From an uncultured delta proteobacterium (GTDB lineage: Bacteria > Myxococcota_A > UBA9160 > SMWR01): 64,000 nt of DNA. How positions within the stretch are numbered: the stretch's first letter is position 1; every line of letters starts with the position of its first letter. Shown here in pieces: positions 59,122-64,000 of the stretch. Location of the stretch: the NCBI GenBank assembly GCA_963832165.1, contig CAWHTE010000001.1:672001-736000 (forward strand). Reading direction: 5' to 3'. The translations under genes were made by a program, and so were the position numbers. The notes beneath the pieces are model-generated. The model made no database searches and had not been told where the DNA came from. It saw only the letters and a program-made list of their open reading frames with translations.

Positions 59122-59925
59122 TCAGTCCTCGAACACGGGCTTGCGGCGCTGCTTGCGCGCGCGCGTGGCCTCTTCGAAGTTCTTCGTCGTCATGCGCACG
59201 AAGAGCTGGGTGTGGCTCTCGAGCTCGATCGCGGCGGCGAGGCTGCCGGTCTCGAGCCCGGACCAGATCATGCGCTTGGTGAGCTGAACGCCCTGCGTGC
59301 TCCAGCCGTTGATCGTGTCGGCGAGGTCGAGCGCGGCTCCGAGCAGATCGGCGTCGGGCACGGTGCGCGAGACGAGCCCGATCTGCGCCGCCTCCGCCGC
59401 GGAGACGTCGCGGCCCGAGAGCATGATCTCGAACGCGCGCGACGAGCCGATCGCGCGCGGCAAGAGGAACGAGAGTCCGAGCTCGGTGGCGGTCAGACCG
59501 TTGTTGATCCCGGCTGCGCGGAAGTAGGCCGACTCACCCGCGATCCGGATATCGGCGCCCAGCGCGAGACACATGCCGCCGCCGATCGCCGCACCGTTGA
59601 TCGCGGCAATCACGGGCTGAGGCATGCGCCGCATCGCGGGCACCAGCTCGGCCAGGATCGACATCGCGCGTGTGGCGATCCGCGTGAGCGTCAGGCCCGC
59701 GATGTTGGGCGGCGGCTCGGACTCCTGCGTGTCCGCGCCGGAGCAGAATCCCCGCCCGACACCGGTGAGGATCACACACCAGGTATCGTTGTCGCGCGCG
59801 ACCTCGGCGAACGCCTCGTGCAGCGGCACCATCTGCTCGAACGACATCGAGTTCATGCGCTCGGGGCGATCCATCACGATCACGCTCGTGTGGGGTCGCG
59901 GCTTCTCGATCCGGATGTAGCTCAC
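59122..59925 (-). CDS. Enoyl-CoA hydratase/isomerase family protein
   Basis: FCSGAD, PVIAAINGAAIGGG. Confidence 0.92.
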   Translation of the reverse strand: MSYIRIEKPRPHTSVIVMDRPERMNSMSFEQMVPLHEAFAEVARDNDTWCVILTGVGRGFCSGADTQESEPPPNIAGLTLTRIATRAMSILAELVPAMRRMPQPVIAAINGAAIGGGMCLALGADIRIAGESAYFRAAGINNGLTATELGLSFLLPRAIGSSRAFEIMLSGRDVSAAEAAQIGLVSRTVPDADLLGAALDLADTINGWSTQGVQLTKRMIWSGLETGSLAAAIELESHTQLFVRMTTKNFEEATRARKQRRKPVFED

Positions 59926-59929
59926 GCGT

Positions 59930-61999
59930 TCACTCCTCGAGGCCCGCGAGCAGCGGCGAAGGCGTCCCGACGCTCGTGAGCCAGAGCTGGTGCACCGCGC
60001 GCGTGGCGCCGACGTGCAGGCGGCGGCGCGCCTCCGGCACCTCCGGGTAGTGCTCGGCGCTCACGTCGGCGAGGACGACGTAGTCGAACTCGAGGCCCTT
60101 GGCCTGCTCGATCTCGGTGACTTCGACGCCGGGTGCGAAGGTGAAATCCTGGTGCGCCACGCGCCGCAAGCCCGGCAGGTCGCTCTTCTCGAGGCCCTCG
60201 TGATAGACGGCGCTCATGTCCGCCGACGGCGTGAGCACCGCCACCGAGGCGAGCGGCTCGGCGCGGGAGAGCTCGCGCAGCGCGTCGGCGAGGAACGCGA
60301 CGCACGCACCCCGATCGGTGAAGCGGAACAGCTCCACGGGCGGACCGGAGCGCGTCGCGTGCGGGGGCTCGTCGTCCTCGCGCAGAGGGCCGAGCAGGTC
60401 GTGCGCGAATGTGGCGATCTCCTGCGACGAGCGGTAGCTCACGCGCAGCGTTTCGAGCGCGTCGCCTTTCACGCCGAGCTCCTCGAGGAAGCGACTCCAC
60501 GACATGAAGTCGGAGTGGACCTGCACGTGCTGCTGCGTGTCGCCCGCGAGTGTCAGGCTGCGCTGCTCGTCGAGGCAGTCGATCAGCACCCGGACTTCGA
60601 GCGGGGAGAAGTCCTGCACCTCGTCGATCGCGACGTGGCGATACGAGAGCGGCTGCTTGCGGCCCTGCAGCGGCCCCACGCGCAGCTGCCACGCGCGCAG
60701 CAGCAGCGCGTCGTCCTCGGGATCGAGCTGCGCAAGGGTCTCCGGGTCGCCCTCGAGATAGGCGAACAGCTCCTCGTTGCGGCGGCGACAGTAGTCGGCG
60801 AACTGTTCGAACGCCGCCGGCCGATAGGCACCCGGCGTGTGCCGCTCCGCGCAGTCGCGCAAGAGCGCGGGGCGCGTCAGCACGCTCTGCCAGTCGTCGA
60901 ACGCCTGCCGTTGCGTGCGCGGACCCGGGTGCTCTGCGATGTGGCGCGCGAGCGCGTCGAGCAGCGCCGGATCGAGCTTCAACCGCTGCACGAAGGCGGG
61001 CGTGTCGGGTCGCGATGCGGAGGGCAGGTCGGGAAAATGGCGCCGCCGCTGCTCGTGGGCCCAGTCGCGGTAGGTGACGATCTGCACCGCCTCCACGCCG
61101 AGCGACGGAAGCACGGTGCCGACGTAGTCGCGCAGCGCGGGCGAGAACACCACGAACAGCGTGCGGTCGGAATCGATCTCGGGGTCGTCGTAGGCGAGAT
61201 AGGCGATGCGGTGCAGCGCGACGGTGGTCTTGCCGGAGCCCGCGTTGCCGCGAATCGCGAGATATCCGCCCGCGCGCGTGATCAGCTCGAACTGCGCGGG
61301 ATCGATCAGGCCCGTGATCTCGGGCAGGCGCTTGTCCGCGCGGCGGCGATTGCCCGAGAGATCGGTGCCGAGGCGCCGCGGTCCGGCCTCGTCCTCGTCG
61401 TAGGCGCGCAGCGCGCTGCGCGCGCCGCCCGCGAGACGCGGCCGCTCGCGCTGCACCTGGCGCCATCCCTCGACCTCGGCGAGGAACACGCCCTCGGGCG
61501 CTTCGATCCGATCGAGCACGCCGTCGCGGATCCGCACGCTGCGGCGCGCCGCCACCACGCCCGAGCGCGCCTGGCCGGCGAACTCCTCCTCGTACTCGTC
61601 GCCCTGCTGGTAGCGGTAGAAGACCTTCGACACCGGAGCGTGTCGCCAATCCACGATCCGCACTCCGTTCTCGATGCAGGTGGCGCGCCCGAGACACAGG
61701 TCGCGCTCCCGGCCGCCCTCGCGCAGCCGCAGGTGGGCGAAATAGGGCGAGAGCGGATCCACCTCGGGGCCCGAGCGCGAGCGCCGCAGCTGCTCGAGCA
61801 GCGCACTCTGCCGGTGCCATTGCTCGGTGAGCGCAAACGCGTCCTTGCGCTCGCGGCCGGAGACGATCTGTTCGCGCAGGACTTCGAGTTCGCGCTCGAG
61901 AGAGCGCTCGTCCGTGCGCGGCTTCTCGCTGCGCTGCTCGAGGTGTTGGCGCACGCGTGCGTGCAGCGCGACTTCCTCGTCGACGATGCGATCGGCCAA
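59930..61999 (-). CDS. HelD/UvrD-like superfamily 1 helicase-like ATPase
   Basis: SPYFAH, IVDWRHAPVS, GNAGSGKTTVALHRIAYL, IDEVQD, AGDTQQ, SYRS, KGLEFD, VGATRA. Confidence 0.88.
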   Translation of the reverse strand: MADRIVDEEVALHARVRQHLEQRSEKPRTDERSLERELEVLREQIVSGRERKDAFALTEQWHRQSALLEQLRRSRSGPEVDPLSPYFAHLRLREGGRERDLCLGRATCIENGVRIVDWRHAPVSKVFYRYQQGDEYEEEFAGQARSGVVAARRSVRIRDGVLDRIEAPEGVFLAEVEGWRQVQRERPRLAGGARSALRAYDEDEAGPRRLGTDLSGNRRRADKRLPEITGLIDPAQFELITRAGGYLAIRGNAGSGKTTVALHRIAYLAYDDPEIDSDRTLFVVFSPALRDYVGTVLPSLGVEAVQIVTYRDWAHEQRRRHFPDLPSASRPDTPAFVQRLKLDPALLDALARHIAEHPGPRTQRQAFDDWQSVLTRPALLRDCAERHTPGAYRPAAFEQFADYCRRRNEELFAYLEGDPETLAQLDPEDDALLLRAWQLRVGPLQGRKQPLSYRHVAIDEVQDFSPLEVRVLIDCLDEQRSLTLAGDTQQHVQVHSDFMSWSRFLEELGVKGDALETLRVSYRSSQEIATFAHDLLGPLREDDEPPHATRSGPPVELFRFTDRGACVAFLADALRELSRAEPLASVAVLTPSADMSAVYHEGLEKSDLPGLRRVAHQDFTFAPGVEVTEIEQAKGLEFDYVVLADVSAEHYPEVPEARRRLHVGATRAVHQLWLTSVGTPSPLLAGLEE

Positions 62000-62069
62000 G
62001 CAGTCCCCGGCGGATGGTGAAAGGCCCGAAAGGGTAGGCGCTCGCCGAGAACGGCGCTGCCGCCGGTCG

Positions 62070-62726
62070 CTAGCGCGCGCGGCTCGTGGCGCCGACGTCG
62101 CGCTCGAGATCGTGCGGGAAGCGCGTGCCCTGCGGGAGCCGGGCGTCGGGCTCGGGTGTCTGCGCCGAGACGCGCAGCGGGATCACGCCGGCCCAGTGGG
62201 GGAGGCCATAGTCTTCGTCGGCGTCGATCGGCGGGCCCGTGCGCAGCTTCGCGGACGCCTCGTCGAGCGGCAGCCGCAGCACGTTCGTGGCGCGCAGCTC
62301 GGCGTCGTTGGGCGGTCGACACGCAGCGCTGCGTCCGCGCACGACCTTTTCGACGATGGCCGTGAGCGCCGCACCCTTTTCGGCGGGTTCGTCGACTGCG
62401 ACCGCGCGCCCCAACACGACCGCAGAGCGGTAGTTCACGGAGTGGTGGAACGCGGATCGCGCGAGCACGAGCCCATCGAGCAGCGTGACCGTCACACAGC
62501 AGCTCGCGCCGCGGCGCAGCACGTCGAGCATGCGGTTGGCCACCGCTCCGTGGACGTACAGCCGGTCGTCGATCCGCGCGTGGATCGTCGGGATGACGTA
62601 GGGCTGTCCGTCCACCGCGAAACCGAGGTGGCACACGAGCGCCTCGTCGAGGATCGCGTAGAGCGTGTGCGGGTCGTGGGTGCCGCGGCCGGGTTGGCGG
62701 CGGAGCGTGGTCCGTGCGGTCTGCAT
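62070..62726 (-). CDS. Pyridoxamine 5'-phosphate oxidase-like flavin-binding protein
   Basis: PYVIPT, YVHG, DGLVLARSAFHHSVNYRS. Confidence 0.88.
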   Translation of the reverse strand: MQTARTTLRRQPGRGTHDPHTLYAILDEALVCHLGFAVDGQPYVIPTIHARIDDRLYVHGAVANRMLDVLRRGASCCVTVTLLDGLVLARSAFHHSVNYRSAVVLGRAVAVDEPAEKGAALTAIVEKVVRGRSAACRPPNDAELRATNVLRLPLDEASAKLRTGPPIDADEDYGLPHWAGVIPLRVSAQTPEPDARLPQGTRFPHDLERDVGATSRAR

Positions 62727-62981
62727 GCGCGGAGCGTGGCGGCGAATCGGACTCCCAGAAAGGTCCAATTCACCCCAGGCGAGCTGGACCAGGACGGCAC
62801 GAGCTAGCGGATTCCCTTTTGAGATCCACAGGTTCGTTCGAAGATCAAACCTTCGTTTTTTACGGCAAATAGTTGACTCGGGCTGAACGCCTGCTGTTCG
62901 CGCGAACCGCTTCGAGGCCCGAAACGAGAAGGAGACGATCGTTAGAGGCTCGACGGATCTATCCGCGGCCTCGCCACACTC

Positions 62982-62997
62982 GGGCACGAGAATTGCT
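62982..62997 (+). promoter_or_regulatory. Sigma54 promoter
   Basis: GGGCACGAGAATTGCT: GG-N10-GC with GGCACG and TTGC, upstream of a PEP-CTERM gene. Confidence 0.75.
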
Positions 62998-63083
62998 CTA
63001 ACGACGTTCAAGGGAAGGGGCGGCCGCCGTGCGGCTGGCGCCAGACTTCCCTTTCCGCGCCCCAACCCGTCAGGAAGGAAGTC

Positions 63084-63786
63084 ATGCGAATCCCCGCACC
63101 CGTTGCGCTGGTAATGCTCTTCGCGGCGTTCGTTCAGCCCGCGGCCGCCCTCATGATCGACAACTTCGAAGAGGGCAACATCACCCTCACCGATCTCCAG
63201 CTCGGGGAGCTTCTCGGATCAGGAGGCCTCCGGTCTCAGCAGCGCCAACGTGATCGGCGGCACGCGTTTGAGCCGTGCGACGGTGAGCACCACGGGTCTG
63301 GTCGCCTCGGCCTCAGCATTCCTCTCCCCGACGGCCGCCGATGACAGCGTCGCGTTCACGGTGCTGGGCGTACCCGACGGCCAGGGTCTGTTTCAGTTCT
63401 ACTACGACGGCATCCCGAATCTCACGCCCGATAACACGGGCGGCGCGCTCAATCTCGATCTGTCCGCGCTCACCCACCTCGAAGTCACCGCACTCGCCGT
63501 GAATGTCACCGCCAGCGCGCAGTTCACCCTCTGGACGTCAGCTGGGGCGGGGAACACGCTGCTGCTCCCGCTCGCGAACGGGGTAACCCTGTTCCCGCTC
63601 AATACGGCCGGACTGGCCGGACTGAATCTGGCCGACATCCAGCAGATCCGCTTCACGCTCTCGGCCGTCGATCTGCTCGAGGCACCCGCGATCAGCAACA
63701 TCGCCGCGGTGCCGGAGCCCGCGTCCGGCCTGCTCGTCGCCGCGGGGCTGGTGGGTCTCGCGCTGCGCCGCAGGACCTCGCGCTAG
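63084..63786 (+). CDS. PEP-CTERM sorting domain protein (apparent frameshift ~63190-63245)
   Basis: AAGGA SD and signal peptide MRIPAPVALVMLFAAFVQPAAA in one frame; VPEPASGLLVAAGLVGLALRRR tail in the next. Confidence 0.85.
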
Positions 63787-63789
63787 CGG

Positions 63790-64000
63790 TCAGAAGCTCC
63801 ACTTCAGCTTGAAGATCACGCGATCGTTGTCGGCCCACGTGTCGAGCGGCGGCAGGTCGCCCTGCTGGTACAGCAGCAGGCCGATCCCCACCGTGAGCGC
63901 GTCGAGCACGTCGTAGTCGAGGTCGAAGCGCGCGACCGAGCCGTCGCGCCCATCCCAGCCGAGCACGATCCCGACCAGCGTCGCGTGCAGCGTGTCGTTC
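63790..64000 (-). CDS. C-terminal fragment of a probable outer-membrane beta-barrel protein
   Basis: Manual translation ...ARFDLDYDVLDALTVGIGLLLYQQG...NDRVIFKLKWSF*; terminal Phe strand. Confidence 0.6.
   Translation of the reverse strand, partial: NDTLHATLVGIVLGWDGRDGSVARFDLDYDVLDALTVGIGLLLYQQGDLPPLDTWADNDRVIFKLKWSF

Noticed and set aside
62860..62960. c-di-GMP-I riboswitch suggested by GGCAAA...GAAA
   Set aside because: The expected paired stems and downstream GCAAAG motif are not present.

Overview
A gene-dense, very GC-rich (~70% by eye) bacterial chromosomal window with about 65 CDSs. I see no rRNA, tRNA, CRISPR array, transposase or phage genes. The content is dominated by lipid/steroid-type catabolism (acyl-CoA dehydrogenases, crotonases, thiolase+DUF35, P450, MMPL, TetR), and together with PEP-CTERM, FG-GAP and FHA proteins it suggests an uncultured Myxococcota/Deltaproteobacteria-like organism (inference only). 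Several genes carry single-base frameshifts, often in G runs, which look like long-read errors rather than pseudogenes. Highlights: (1) at 37.1-45.5 kb, a CHASE2 class III cyclase with guanylyl-cyclase specificity residues (E and G instead of K and T/D) lies between a divergent glutaminase-STAS-cNMP fusion and an NsrA-like FecR-TPR-beta-barrel gene plus a secreted Cys-rich protein, a candidate surface-sensing cGMP circuit with a metabolic effector; (2) palindromic repeats built from GNA-triloop mini-hairpins with compensatory changes, including GTAG-REPs that supply stop codons and copies inserted in frame inside two proteins; (3) a bufferin-type MNIO RiPP cluster lacking its usual DoxX and ECF genes; (4) a near-consensus CRP-family box, a sigma54 promoter, TetR operators and an ECF sigma gene that seems to need a non-canonical ATC start. 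All product calls come from motif recognition; no database search was run.
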